Shown here piece after piece: positions 1-9,586 of a stretch of DNA of 64,000 nt. A model generated the notes under the pieces. The model ran no database searches, was not told the DNA's origin, and saw nothing but the letters and a program-made list of their open reading frames with translations. A program made the translations under genes and the position numbers. Origin of the DNA: an uncultured Candidatus Poseidoniales archaeon (GTDB lineage: Archaea; Thermoplasmatota; Poseidoniia; Poseidoniales; Poseidoniaceae); assembly GCA_964587885.1 (NCBI GenBank), contig CAZPME010000003.1:40996-104995 (forward strand). Direction: 5' to 3'. Numbering within the stretch: position 1 is the stretch's first letter; the number at the start of each line of letters is the position of its first letter.

Positions 1-25
1 AACAGAAAATATTGAGCGAGTTCAC

Positions 26-310
26 GTGGATGACCAATATTGGAAATATAGAGAATACTTGGTACCAGAACCGCCACCACCTCCAGAACCACCCTATGGG
101 GTTGAATATCTTGGAACGGTAGAGGATTTCCTCCAAGATGAATCATTCCAAATTGCTGGAATGACCTTCCTCGTATTACTATGTTTAAATTTGATCGGAC
201 TCCCCTTACTTCGTCGCAGAGTTAAGAGTTTCAAACGCAAAATGGGTGTCTATTCTGACGATGATGCTGATGACGAATTCGCTGATGACTTTGCAGAATT
301 CTTCAGTTGA
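26..310 (+). CDS. hypothetical small protein (Pro-rich N-terminus, one hydrophobic helix, acidic C-terminus)
   Basis: ORF of 94 aa with PEPPPPPEPP stretch, one predicted TM (MTFLVLLCLNLIGLPLL) and a D/E-rich tail. No family recognised. Confidence 0.3.
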   Translation: MDDQYWKYREYLVPEPPPPPEPPYGVEYLGTVEDFLQDESFQIAGMTFLVLLCLNLIGLPLLRRRVKSFKRKMGVYSDDDADDEFADDFAEFFS

Positions 311-315
311 TTAAG

Positions 316-398
316 CGCGGTCAGAGGGATTCGAACCCTCGTGGGTAGACCCACCGGATTAGCAATCCGGCGCAATGGCCAGGCTATGCGATGACCGC
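316..398 (-). tRNA. tRNA-Ser (anticodon GCU)
   Basis: Reverse complement gives 7-bp acceptor GCGGTCA/TGACCGC, anticodon stem CCGGA/TCCGG with loop TTGCTAA (anticodon GCT), long variable arm GGG-TCTA-CCC, and T-arm GAGGG-TTCGAAT-CCCTC. CCA is not encoded. Confidence 0.8.
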
Positions 399-451
399 AG
401 TAACTCGCCGAATCGTGATTCCATCATAAAGCGAGCGGTATTACATAGAGG

Positions 452-1432
452 CTAGAATGGAAGAAGCGTTACACCAACAAGGCCGAAGAACATCAATGCG
501 AGATATTTCAAGGATGCCATAAATGAAGAAAATGCTGTGGGTAATCTGTCATTTTCATCCAAGCCCTCTTCAGGGTTTATTCGCCACACTGTGAGTGAAT
601 ACCAGACTCCCAAACCAATTGTTACAACTGATGCTGATAGGCCTAGACCGTAATTCGACCAGATAATTGGAATCGCTCCAAGGGAAATTAGTAAAACACA
701 ATAAATTTTTGCTTCAATCAAGGTTCTTTTCGCTCCCTTAGCATCAGGCATCATCGGTACCCCGACTTTGCCATATTCTCCGCCGCGATATAGAGCCAAG
801 GCCCAAAAATGTGGAGGAGTCCATAAGAAAATTAGCAGAAATAACATCCATGGAATGGGAGAGGCAAGGTCGAAGATATTGCCTTGGGACAATGTCTCGC
901 TGGCCGCAGCAGCCCAACCGATGAGAGGAGGTGTCGCACCTGCTATACCACCAATGACTATGTTTTGAGGAGTTCTTCGCTTCAGCCAAATAGTGTATAT
1001 GACTACATAGAATGCAACTGAAAAAGCACTCCAAAATCCTGCCTTCCAGTGTATTTGCCAAAGTACACCAATGCCAAGAACTGCAATCACGATTCCGAAA
1101 ATCAATGCATGTATCGGTGAGACTTCCCCCATTGGTATGGGGCGCTTTGAGGTGCGATTCATATGAGCATCAATATCACGGTCATACCACATATTGATGG
1201 CATTGGCTCCACCTGCAGAAAGCGTCCCACCGATTATTACCATGACAGAAGTATATGCGGTATCAAGCCATGACCGTTGAACGCTTTCAATCGCCCCTTT
1301 TCGAGCGAGAATATCATGCATCAATATGGCACATATTGCGGTTACTTGCAACAATATAATTACACGTAATTTCATCAATCGCATCCATATATTTAGCAAA
1401 TTTGCTGACGTATTACTGGATTCAGTCATCAT
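452..1432 (-). CDS. ctaB: protoheme IX farnesyltransferase (heme O synthase), UbiA prenyltransferase family
   Basis: 326 aa polytopic membrane protein with the UbiA-type Asp-rich motif (NMWYDRDIDAHMNRTSKRPIP). Overlaps ctaA by 4 nt. Confidence 0.75.
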   Translation of the reverse strand: MMTESSNTSANLLNIWMRLMKLRVIILLQVTAICAILMHDILARKGAIESVQRSWLDTAYTSVMVIIGGTLSAGGANAINMWYDRDIDAHMNRTSKRPIPMGEVSPIHALIFGIVIAVLGIGVLWQIHWKAGFWSAFSVAFYVVIYTIWLKRRTPQNIVIGGIAGATPPLIGWAAAASETLSQGNIFDLASPIPWMLFLLIFLWTPPHFWALALYRGGEYGKVGVPMMPDAKGAKRTLIEAKIYCVLLISLGAIPIIWSNYGLGLSASVVTIGLGVWYSLTVWRINPEEGLDENDRLPTAFSSFMASLKYLALMFFGLVGVTLLPF

Positions 1433-2478
1433 TCATCCTCCAAAGGTTCTGGATTCATAGCCAAATCAATCTGCATTGCAGCAAATGCGAGAGCTAAGAA
1501 AGAAGAGATTCCGACAATGAGATGGAGTAATGAGAGCCATTCGATAAAACCGTCACTAGCGGTAAAAAGGTATAGTCCACCCACCACTACATTCATGGCC
1601 CATAGATGAAATGATGATGAAATGGATTTGCTTAGTACCCTTCCAGATTCCGATATGTTTGCACGGGCATTTCGATATCCTAAAAATAATATCACTCCGA
1701 CTATTATTACTGCTATTCTGTGAGCCATTTGTACAAGGATTGGAATTTCTCCAGTATCGGGAATAATCTCACCTTGACATAAGGGCCATGCTTCTGTTCC
1801 CACTCCACATGCCTGATTGTAATTACCACCCGCAGTTGATGAAACCCAAGCCCCCAATATCAACAGAAGCAATGACCCCAGTAACATCGTCAGCACCGGC
1901 TTTCGCATAACCTCAGCCTGCGCCGGAGACAAAGAGTGGAAAATAGAATTTGGATTTAGACGGCGATGCCAACAAAGCCACTGCCACATCACAACCGCGA
2001 TAAATGATGATGCCAAGACCAAGTGTAAGGCTACAGTCCAATCTGCATTGTCAAAACGAACGGTAACATAGCCGGCGACGGCTTGAATAAGAAGTAATAT
2101 TGCTGCAGAGATAGCGAGTGTGCGGTTTTTTTCGCCCAATTTTGAACGGTTTTTATTGGCCACAATTAGGTTAACAACTATTGGTATTGCAATTATTCCG
2201 ACCAAAAATCGATGCAACCATTCGGTGAATATCTCAAAGGTTGTATAACGATGGTTAGCGCCGCGAGAATCAATCTCTTCAGGGTTTTCATTCCACCATA
2301 ATTCCTGCTGATCGGGTGATACATCAAATCCCCATGTACCGAAACAAGTGGGCCAATCAGGGCACGACTCCCCTGCATCATGGATACGAATCGTCCCCCC
2401 TACAATGGTAATGGCAACGGCCATTATTGCAATAATCAGCGGAAGACGGGTTGTGCTAGCCATCCCCTTCTCGTCCAT
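1429..2478 (-). CDS. ctaA: heme A synthase (CtaA/COX15 family)
   Basis: 349 aa, 7-8 TM, conserved Cys pair in the first external loop (ESCPDWPTCFG). Sits immediately upstream of and coupled to ctaB. Confidence 0.6.
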   Translation of the reverse strand: MDEKGMASTTRLPLIIAIMAVAITIVGGTIRIHDAGESCPDWPTCFGTWGFDVSPDQQELWWNENPEEIDSRGANHRYTTFEIFTEWLHRFLVGIIAIPIVVNLIVANKNRSKLGEKNRTLAISAAILLLIQAVAGYVTVRFDNADWTVALHLVLASSFIAVVMWQWLCWHRRLNPNSIFHSLSPAQAEVMRKPVLTMLLGSLLLLILGAWVSSTAGGNYNQACGVGTEAWPLCQGEIIPDTGEIPILVQMAHRIAVIIVGVILFLGYRNARANISESGRVLSKSISSSFHLWAMNVVVGGLYLFTASDGFIEWLSLLHLIVGISSFLALAFAAMQIDLAMNPEPLEDE

Positions 2479-2598
2479 GACTGCTCGTTACTCAACTAAC
2501 GTTTGAGGGTTACTTTGGACGACAAAGCATGGATACCATTGTTGACGGAGGGTTCAATAACGAACCACAAGTCGCCGAGTTCACCGAAGGTGACCAAA

Positions 2599-2847
2599 AT
2601 GGCAAATGAATCCCACACCCGCTTTGAAAGAGCTCGTATTATTGGGGCTCGCGCCCTACAGATTGGAATGGGTGCTCCACTCAATGCTTCAGAAGAAGAA
2701 TTACGCTCGGAATTTAAGGCCGAATTAATTTCATTATTCGGGGTAGAGGAAGCAAATATCCGCTTCGTTTTAGACCCATTGAAGATTGCTCTATACGAGT
2801 ATGAACACAACATGATTCCTATTGATACTGATCCACATTTGGATTGA
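2599..2847 (+). CDS. rpoK: DNA-directed RNA polymerase subunit K (Rpb6/omega homolog)
   Basis: The TRFERARIIGARALQIGMGAP motif is diagnostic of RpoK/Rpb6. Start placed at the internal ATG (MANESH...); the longer ORF from 2503 is possible but less likely. Confidence 0.65.
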   Translation: MANESHTRFERARIIGARALQIGMGAPLNASEEELRSEFKAELISLFGVEEANIRFVLDPLKIALYEYEHNMIPIDTDPHLD

Positions 2848-2850
2848 AAA

Positions 2851-3972
2851 TCATCGCTTGAAGCCATAGGTTTCTGGTTGTGAAACCGGAGCAATATCAC
2901 TCCGTTTGAGCAGAATTGTTCTTACCGCCCACAAATCTGTAAATACTCTCATCTTGGTAGTCATATCAAGGTAGTCGACACCTGATGAGCCACCAGTTCC
3001 CACTCTACGGCCAATCATTCTCTCGACCATTCGGGCATGGTGGGTGCGGAATAATATTATTGATTCCTCTAATTCTACTGTGCTGTCGATTAAAGCGCGT
3101 GGCCATGATAACAAAGGCAATTCTCGATATGATTCAATGAATAATAATCCTGCACGAGAACGCTCAATTTCCCCTTCGGGTAACAGATATTCTCTCGCCC
3201 CTTCAAGGGATGCGGCAAATCTCGACTTTACCGCAGCCAAATCCTGTTGCCCGATTTCCTCAAAATGTGCTAATGCGGTTTCGTGTGTTCGTGCCATTGT
3301 AGCCAAATGTTGCTCGACAAATTCACGCACCACCACTCCATCTCCAGCATCATCGGGCGATGAACCATGAATTGGGGTTCTTCCTAACCAAGTGTGGAGG
3401 GCCTGCTTCAACGATACTTCTTCAGATGCCGCTAATAGTCGCTCATACGATGACTTCGCTGAATCACTCTCATGAGCGAGACGAGAAAAATGCTCAATCG
3501 GATTCATAGCATTTGGACGGTCTGAATACTCAATTCCAAGTAATATCTCTAATTCCCGCATCTGGAATGATTCAAATCCTGAAGCAGTGCCTAATTCATC
3601 ACGAAAATCAAGAAAGCCCTGTGGAGTAAGTGTCTCCATTACTTTCCACTGTGATTGAAAGAGGCGGAAAATCTCAGTAATCCTCTCTAGTCCAGCGACA
3701 ATTTTAGGAATTTCATTTTCGGGTACTTCAGGTTTGTTCAATTTATTTCGGATGTCCCGCATCTCATTGATGATTCGACAAAACCACAATTCAAATGCTT
3801 GGTGAACGACAATGAAATGGTGCTCATCACAACTTATTTCGCGCTCACAATGGCCATCTTGTAACTCAATTAATTGGTGAACATGCAAATAATCGGCATA
3901 TGTTACTCGGCGCTGAGTTGTCCCCATACCCAGAGCAGTGCTGGCTTGCTTTACCAACTTCACCCCGAACAT
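2851..3972 (-). CDS. kynA: tryptophan 2,3-dioxygenase
   Basis: YADYLHVHQLIELQ ... SCDEHHFIVVHQAFELWFCRIINEM matches the TDO signature (Y..YL.L..L...Q ... DEHLFI..HQAYELWFKQIL). Confidence 0.7.
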   Translation of the reverse strand: MFGVKLVKQASTALGMGTTQRRVTYADYLHVHQLIELQDGHCEREISCDEHHFIVVHQAFELWFCRIINEMRDIRNKLNKPEVPENEIPKIVAGLERITEIFRLFQSQWKVMETLTPQGFLDFRDELGTASGFESFQMRELEILLGIEYSDRPNAMNPIEHFSRLAHESDSAKSSYERLLAASEEVSLKQALHTWLGRTPIHGSSPDDAGDGVVVREFVEQHLATMARTHETALAHFEEIGQQDLAAVKSRFAASLEGAREYLLPEGEIERSRAGLLFIESYRELPLLSWPRALIDSTVELEESIILFRTHHARMVERMIGRRVGTGGSSGVDYLDMTTKMRVFTDLWAVRTILLKRSDIAPVSQPETYGFKR

Positions 3973-3975
3973 GGT

Positions 3976-5088
3976 TCAAGATATTAATCCGGATAATTCA
4001 CCTTTTTCAAGGCTATTGCGTATACTACGGGCGATTCTACGTCCTGTCGACATTCTATATTCATTGATATCTGAATATGGTGAGCCACCGACAAAGGGAT
4101 TGGAACCGGCGACAATTCGAGCACTTATTTCGAACACTTTGAATTCTAATTTATCGGTAACAATTGTCTCGAGGCAAAATGGTCCGATCATTCCACGTGC
4201 ATCATCCTCAAGTTCAAACGATGCTGATACCGTACCTTCAGCCAATTCAAATGCCCTAGGCAAAAGACTCTCTCGAATGACAACAGGTTGGTTTCCTGTA
4301 ACAACAAAGGATGGCTCAAAAGCCATTTCACGCAGGTCACGTAGACTTCCTAATTTGTAAAATTCGTCAACATTGCTCTCATCACGACGGTCCATACTCA
4401 ATAATTCCAAACGGCCAAGATATTTTCCAGTATTCTTACCAGTTCCACGAACTTGGTAACCATCGGTCGCGGTAGGGTCAAAGTAGAAATGCATGTAATA
4501 GCGACATCCAAGGACATATTCTTGGATGGTAAAGTCTTCCTCAATATTTGCGTTGCGGCGGAAATCACGATAATCACGAGCGATGAAATAACCACGCCCA
4601 CCTTTGGCTCCAGCGTATTTGACAATTACTGGGCCATCAATGTCATGGGGGTCCGTGATTACAGCTGGCATTGTACAACCGCCAGATTCCAGCCATTTAC
4701 GTTGCGATTCCCGACTTGATTCCCATTTCAAAATATTACGATTACCGAAAGTTGGAACCTCTAGGTTGCGAAAATTTTCAGCGCCTAGATATTCTACTAG
4801 AGATCCATGTGGAATGATAATCACATTGCGTTGTCGCAACCATTCTGCTTGGCTAAGCAATTCTCTATAATCGTCCAACATCAACCATTCGTCAGGTTCG
4901 GCACCCGGAAAGGCAGAATATAATCGGCGGCGGTTGTCGCCAACCGCAATACCAAGAGTTCGAAATCCTTCCTGGCGAGCACCGTGAAGAATTTGCAACG
5001 AGGAATGTGAAGCGACCACACCAATGGTAATTTCTTCGGGATTATACGCGGCCAGCCAGCCCGATACCTCTTTCCTCGATATCCCCAT
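3976..5088 (-). CDS. purP: 5-formaminoimidazole-4-carboxamide ribonucleotide (FAICAR) synthetase, ATP-grasp, archaeal
   Basis: The N-terminal IGVVASHSSLQILHGARQEGFRTLGIAV matches the PurP N-domain (IATLGSHSALQIL.GAK.EGF), followed by an ATP-grasp-like core. Size is 370 aa. Confidence 0.7.
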   Translation of the reverse strand: MGISRKEVSGWLAAYNPEEITIGVVASHSSLQILHGARQEGFRTLGIAVGDNRRRLYSAFPGAEPDEWLMLDDYRELLSQAEWLRQRNVIIIPHGSLVEYLGAENFRNLEVPTFGNRNILKWESSRESQRKWLESGGCTMPAVITDPHDIDGPVIVKYAGAKGGRGYFIARDYRDFRRNANIEEDFTIQEYVLGCRYYMHFYFDPTATDGYQVRGTGKNTGKYLGRLELLSMDRRDESNVDEFYKLGSLRDLREMAFEPSFVVTGNQPVVIRESLLPRAFELAEGTVSASFELEDDARGMIGPFCLETIVTDKLEFKVFEISARIVAGSNPFVGGSPYSDINEYRMSTGRRIARSIRNSLEKGELSGLIS

Positions 5089-5176
5089 TACGAGGGGCTA
5101 CTGTATGCCCCATATGAATGAATCGGCAAAGCAAGAATGATGCTAGTAAATGGTGAAGTGATACCTATGGAGCAAT

Positions 5177-7117
5177 CTATTCTTCAGACTGTTCTTCAGG
5201 CTCTTCAGAGGATACTTCTTGTGGTTCCGAACCTACTAATTTCCCATCACTCAAGTTGAATTCTGCAACCAACATTATTGGCTCACCATGAGACAGTTGC
5301 GAATTATATTCATGGAATGTTCCCTTGACGCCGGTGATTAATTTGAATTGGGTTGGGTCCTTGGTTCGGAACTTCTTATGCTTCTTGTAGTGATGTACGT
5401 AGATTTTGTATAGGCCATCTTGAGAATCACCAATATCCCAAACCACATTTTCGACAGGTTTCTTGGTATCGGGTTTAACGTTGGCATCGACGTCTAATTC
5501 ACCTTTGCACTGTGAGAGTCGGTTACCACCGTGGATTCTCTCACCAGAAGGGCAGACAACATGAAGATCAAGATCATTGTAATTATTCCACATCAATGAG
5601 ATGTTGATATCACCGATTCGACCTCCAGCTTCTTCAAGCCGGCGGCGCAATTCTGCCGCAGTTTCTTCGGCCACCTCTTCGGCACGGATTCTTGCTTGTT
5701 CAGCAGCTTCGGCTTCAAGGCGGGCCGCTTCTTCTTCTGCAGCGGCGATCTCGGCTAGTCTTTGTTCCTCAGCGGCAGCTAGATCTGCTTGCCTTTGTTC
5801 CTCAGCTAAGCGTGCTTCTTCTGCTTCAGCAGCCAATCGTGCTTCTTCTTCGGCTTCTGCAGCCAAACGTGCTTTTTCTTCAGCCTCGGCTTCAGCAGCC
5901 AATCGTGCTTCTTCTTCTGCTCGAGCCTTTTCTTCAGCCTCACGTTCAGCAGCCAATCGTGCTTCTTCTTCTGCTCGAGCCTTTTCTTCAGCCTCACGTT
6001 CAGCAGCAGCAGCAGCTTCCATTTCTGCCAATATTGCCGCTTGCTCTTCTGGTGTTCTCTCTTTCATTTCAAAGTCAGTTACCAACATTATTGGGTCACC
6101 ATTTGATAATTCAGAATTGTATTCGGTAAAGGTTCCACCAGCATTTACGATAACCTTGAACTGTGTAGGATCCTTGGTTCCTCGCTTCTTGTGCTTTTTG
6201 TAATGATGAACATATACCTTGTAAATACCATTAGGAGCACTACCGAAATCCCAAACAACGTTTTCGACAGGCTTTTTAGATTCAGGCTTGACGTTGGCGT
6301 CAACATCCAATTCGCCATCACATTCTGATTTTCGGTTGCCACCGTGTAAGCGTTCACCTGAAGGACATACTACATGGAGATCAAGATCGTTGTAATTATT
6401 CCACATCAGTGACACGTTTACATCACCTATTCGACCACCTGCTGCCTCAAGACGGGAACGTAATTCAGCAGTAGTATCTTCGTCAACCTCTTGGGCTTCG
6501 AGCATTGCTTCAGCCTCGGCCAAGGCAGCTAATTCCGCTTGACGCTGCTCTTCTAGAGCGGCCAATTCCTCTTGGCGGATTCTCTCAGCCTCATCAGCGA
6601 GTCTTTGTAATTCGGCTGCTTCAGCAGCTAAACGCTCCTCTTCCTCAAGACGCAGGCGCTCTTCTTCAAGGCGGGCAGCTTCGGCTTCAGCCTCACGCTT
6701 CTGACGCTCTTCTTCGAGTTTGGCACGCTCTTCAGCTAATTCCATCTCCTTGAGACGTGCTGCTTCAGCTCGAATTGCCGCTTCTTCAGCCTCAATTCGT
6801 CGTTGACGAGCTAATTCAGCCTCAGCAATTCTCATTTGCGCTTGAGAACGTGCGCGATTACGACGCGAAACTAATGCTAAACGCTGCTCAATTTCCTTAC
6901 GAGCCTCGCGAAATTCAGGACCGGTTCGGCGCTTACTAAAACGTGAATAATCGTTAGCGTCAAGCCTGCGACGTTCGGAAGCAGGTACATCACCGCGCAC
7001 CAATAATACCCAGACTCCACCTAAAAATGAAAGCCCGAGTAAACCAATCATCATCCACTCGCCAGTCTCCACCATGTTCAACCCACCATCACCAAGTATG
7101 TTTAGACTATTGCCCAC
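5177..7117 (-). CDS. N-terminally membrane-anchored coiled-coil protein carrying two copies of a conserved ~125-aa module (WNNYNDLDLH / CPSGE / GELDVD / VHHY / TKDPT)
   Basis: 646 aa with one TM near the N-terminus (IGLLGLSFLGGVWVLLV) followed by R-rich stretch. Long E/A/R/L heptad-like segments precede module copy 1 (aa ~227-353) and copy 2 (aa ~498-624), then an acidic tail. Start codon lies 6 nt after the FtsX permease stop. Confidence 0.6.
   Translation of the reverse strand: MGNSLNILGDGGLNMVETGEWMMIGLLGLSFLGGVWVLLVRGDVPASERRRLDANDYSRFSKRRTGPEFREARKEIEQRLALVSRRNRARSQAQMRIAEAELARQRRIEAEEAAIRAEAARLKEMELAEERAKLEEERQKREAEAEAARLEEERLRLEEEERLAAEAAELQRLADEAERIRQEELAALEEQRQAELAALAEAEAMLEAQEVDEDTTAELRSRLEAAGGRIGDVNVSLMWNNYNDLDLHVVCPSGERLHGGNRKSECDGELDVDANVKPESKKPVENVVWDFGSAPNGIYKVYVHHYKKHKKRGTKDPTQFKVIVNAGGTFTEYNSELSNGDPIMLVTDFEMKERTPEEQAAILAEMEAAAAAEREAEEKARAEEEARLAAEREAEEKARAEEEARLAAEAEAEEKARLAAEAEEEARLAAEAEEARLAEEQRQADLAAAEEQRLAEIAAAEEEAARLEAEAAEQARIRAEEVAEETAAELRRRLEEAGGRIGDINISLMWNNYNDLDLHVVCPSGERIHGGNRLSQCKGELDVDANVKPDTKKPVENVVWDIGDSQDGLYKIYVHHYKKHKKFRTKDPTQFKLITGVKGTFHEYNSQLSHGEPIMLVAEFNLSDGKLVGSEPQEVSSEEPEEQSEE
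5246..5626. repeat. intragenic direct repeat copy B (encodes module copy 2), partner of 6059..6439
   Basis: Encoded peptides are ~80% identical over ~125 aa. DNA is visibly similar (e.g. ccacatcaatgagatgttgatatcaccgattcgacc vs ccacatcagtgacacgtttacatcacctattcgacc). Confidence 0.7.
5828..6001. repeat. in-frame tandem repeat with two perfect 54-bp units (5894-5947, 5948-6001) plus a degenerate upstream unit
   Basis: Unit agcagccaatcgtgcttcttcttctgctcgagccttttcttcagcctcacgttc is repeated exactly. It encodes the 18-aa coiled-coil repeat AEREAEEKARAEEEARLA. Confidence 0.85.
6059..6439. repeat. intragenic direct repeat copy A (encodes module copy 1)
   Basis: See partner 5246..5626. The 54-bp tandem repeats lie between the two copies. 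Confidence 0.7.
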
Positions 7118-7123
7118 ATATTC

Positions 7124-9586
7124 TCAGTTTGAAAACTCCTTTACTTTGTCAACTAAGTTCATTTTCTTGATTCTCCAAACCCCAATCGGGGTCAACAATA
7201 ACGAGATAGTCACGACGATTCCAATCAATAGTAAGATCACAGATGAATCAGCCTGCACTGTAAAGAAAAACGACCATTGAACCATTTCTGCGATTAACAT
7301 TTTTGTTCCGACAATGGTAATGATGCAACCAAATATTCCACCCACTAAACCAATCGCAAAGTGCTCCCCTAGCATCATTTTGCCAAGACTATTGGTCGAT
7401 GCCCCTAATACTCGCAGGGTTGCCAATTCACTATCTCGCTCGGCTAAATTCATCATCAAAGTATTGAATAATACTGCTGCTGCGATTACAATACCTAATA
7501 GTAAAATGGCGTCGAAAATTTGTTTTTGTGTTTCCATTAAGGCATTAAAGGAGTCGAGAAAATCCTCTTTCATACTAATGCCGACCGACATTTCTCCTAA
7601 TTCCGTATCAATCTCAACCCCAGTTGGTAATTGTAATAATACCGATGTCGCTTCTAATCCAGTCAATTCTGCTAATTCGGCTCGATGGAAGTACACAGTT
7701 CGAGATATCTCACCGGTGGTTATTCCTGAAATTTCGACGACTTGCTCCTTCGAGCCTATTACTATAGTTTGGTACTGTCCGACCTGCCAATCAAGAAAAT
7801 GTGCTGTGCCTTCATCTATCAGTACTTGAGGCGGATTTTGGCCGGATTTAGGTAATTCTCCTTCATCTAAATTCAATAAAATCATCGCTGATTCACCTTG
7901 AGTCGCAAAATTATCCATTCCAAAAGCGGTCATCTGCCTTGCATCATCAGCAGGATTTACCGGGAATTGGAGCAAATATTCGTAATCTGCACCGTTCTCT
8001 TGCGCCCATTCTCCCACCGCCGCCTCACCAGCAAAGGGAACGAAAACTTGAGCCTCCCAATTTTGATTTTCATCATAATCACGGACCATTACTTCTTCCA
8101 TCGAATCCATCATAAGAAACATCGACCCAAATATCAGCATCGACATACCGACTGCAATAAAGGTGAAAGCGATACGGAAGGGTTTGCGAATACTTGAACG
8201 CAAGGTCAAGCCAACCGAAGCAGGTAACTTGGCGGTCAATTTCTGAATACGTCGGGAGGAGAGGCGTACTTCGTGTTGGCCTCGTAAAACTTTGAGCGGG
8301 TCGAGGCGTGAAGCCTGCCAAGCCGGTCTAATTCCTGATAATAATATTACGACCATGGCAATAGAAACATTTGACAATACTAGAGAATAATCAATAGAAT
8401 CATCAATTGCTGGTATACCAATCACATTTTCATACATCTTCACCATTGCTGGCGCACCGACATACACGCCTAACAATACTCCAATGGTACAACCGATGAA
8501 ACCTATTACGATTGGAGCAAGAATGTATGCTGGCATTATCTTCCTGCGAGATACCCCAAGGGTTCGCATTACTGCGATTTCTTTGGCCTGCGATTGTATC
8601 AATCGTTGGAGGCTGAGAAATATCGTAATTCCAGCAACCATCGCCAACATTCCGGTGATGAATCCGTACGATTTCTGTGCTCCTTCAGCATCAGCCCGCA
8701 AAAATTCAACCGAGTCAATTCCCGAACGGTCATAGACCATCGCTTTAATCTCCTCATCTTGCGAAATAATTGTGGCGACCTGAGTCATTGCTTTGCCCAT
8801 TTTTTCACCTTCGTTGATCTCGGTCGAAAGCAAATCATATTCCGGTGTGCCTTCCAAATCGAGAAGCAACCGGTTAGTTGAACCGGAACTCAAGTTTGCT
8901 AGTTTATTCAGACCCTGTTCAGTAAGATATCCGGAGGCAAAGGTACCGGCTTGAGCCGGCATCAATTCACCTTCAATAGTGAAATACAGGTGCTGAGAAT
9001 GGAATCCTATTCCAACGACAGTGAAATTCATCCTGCCATGACCAGCCCCAATAGAAATGACGTCTCCAATGCCTATTCCCATACCATCTGCAGCATGTGA
9101 GTCAAGTACTATTTCATTATCAGTTTGGGCCATCCTGCCTGCACAACATTCATCTTCGGGTATCCAAACACGGTCTATTCCGCCTTCATCAATGCCGTGC
9201 CAAACCGAGACCACCATATTCTCATTACCAGAATCTGATTGATGATACAATACTCCATCGAGAATTAATCGAGCCTCGCACTCATCCAAAGTTAATTCTT
9301 GGTTATCCCATTGCGAAAATAGTTCATCGCACAGCTTCATACTTGTGGATTGATTCCATACTTCACTCGGGTTTTCCACCCAAATATCTGCCAGATTCAT
9401 GGTCTCTGGAGTATCCGAATATGCGTATTCATAGATATTTGTAGCAGTATTAGCATAATATCCTAATGAAATCCCGCCGAAAACTCCGATTGCAATCATC
9501 AACCAAACCGCGGAAAGACGAAGTTTGGTGCGCCATAGGCTCCGAGCAAGGCGCTTTGTCAGCAATCTTGACACTGTATCACTCAC
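7124..9586 (-). CDS. ABC transporter permease, duplicated FtsX/MacB-type (8 TM, two large extracytoplasmic domains)
   Basis: 820 aa with two FtsX-like halves. Each has an N-terminal TM, a large external domain and three C-terminal TMs (..IRPAWQASRLDPLKVLRG..). Overlaps the ATPase gene by 8 nt. Confidence 0.75.
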   Translation of the reverse strand: MSDTVSRLLTKRLARSLWRTKLRLSAVWLMIAIGVFGGISLGYYANTATNIYEYAYSDTPETMNLADIWVENPSEVWNQSTSMKLCDELFSQWDNQELTLDECEARLILDGVLYHQSDSGNENMVVSVWHGIDEGGIDRVWIPEDECCAGRMAQTDNEIVLDSHAADGMGIGIGDVISIGAGHGRMNFTVVGIGFHSQHLYFTIEGELMPAQAGTFASGYLTEQGLNKLANLSSGSTNRLLLDLEGTPEYDLLSTEINEGEKMGKAMTQVATIISQDEEIKAMVYDRSGIDSVEFLRADAEGAQKSYGFITGMLAMVAGITIFLSLQRLIQSQAKEIAVMRTLGVSRRKIMPAYILAPIVIGFIGCTIGVLLGVYVGAPAMVKMYENVIGIPAIDDSIDYSLVLSNVSIAMVVILLSGIRPAWQASRLDPLKVLRGQHEVRLSSRRIQKLTAKLPASVGLTLRSSIRKPFRIAFTFIAVGMSMLIFGSMFLMMDSMEEVMVRDYDENQNWEAQVFVPFAGEAAVGEWAQENGADYEYLLQFPVNPADDARQMTAFGMDNFATQGESAMILLNLDEGELPKSGQNPPQVLIDEGTAHFLDWQVGQYQTIVIGSKEQVVEISGITTGEISRTVYFHRAELAELTGLEATSVLLQLPTGVEIDTELGEMSVGISMKEDFLDSFNALMETQKQIFDAILLLGIVIAAAVLFNTLMMNLAERDSELATLRVLGASTNSLGKMMLGEHFAIGLVGGIFGCIITIVGTKMLIAEMVQWSFFFTVQADSSVILLLIGIVVTISLLLTPIGVWRIKKMNLVDKVKEFSN

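Noticed and set aside
316-398. Integrated mobile element at tRNA genes (316..398, 47771..47843, 55222..55297)
   Set aside because: No integrase, transposase, direct repeats of tRNA 3' ends or compositional island flank any of the three tRNAs.
744-1197. Several 60-105-aa ORFs on both strands inside ctaB, and the 14565..14966 plus-strand ORF inside aroC
   Set aside because: They are embedded in or antisense to well-supported genes, and their compositions are typical of spurious frames.
2496-2900. 134-aa minus-strand ORF overlapping rpoK
   Set aside because: The plus-strand frame carries the unmistakable RpoK/Rpb6 motif. The minus ORF has no recognisable features.
5828-6001. Possible CRISPR array suggested by exact direct repeats
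   Set aside because: The repeats are contiguous with no spacers, in frame, and encode a coiled-coil peptide repeat.
5601-6203. Plus-strand ORFs (200, 145 aa) and a 63-aa K-rich minus-frame ORF (5806..5997) inside the coiled-coil gene
   Set aside because: They are low-complexity translations of the GC-skewed repeat DNA, antisense or off-frame to a strongly supported gene, and have no coding features of their own.
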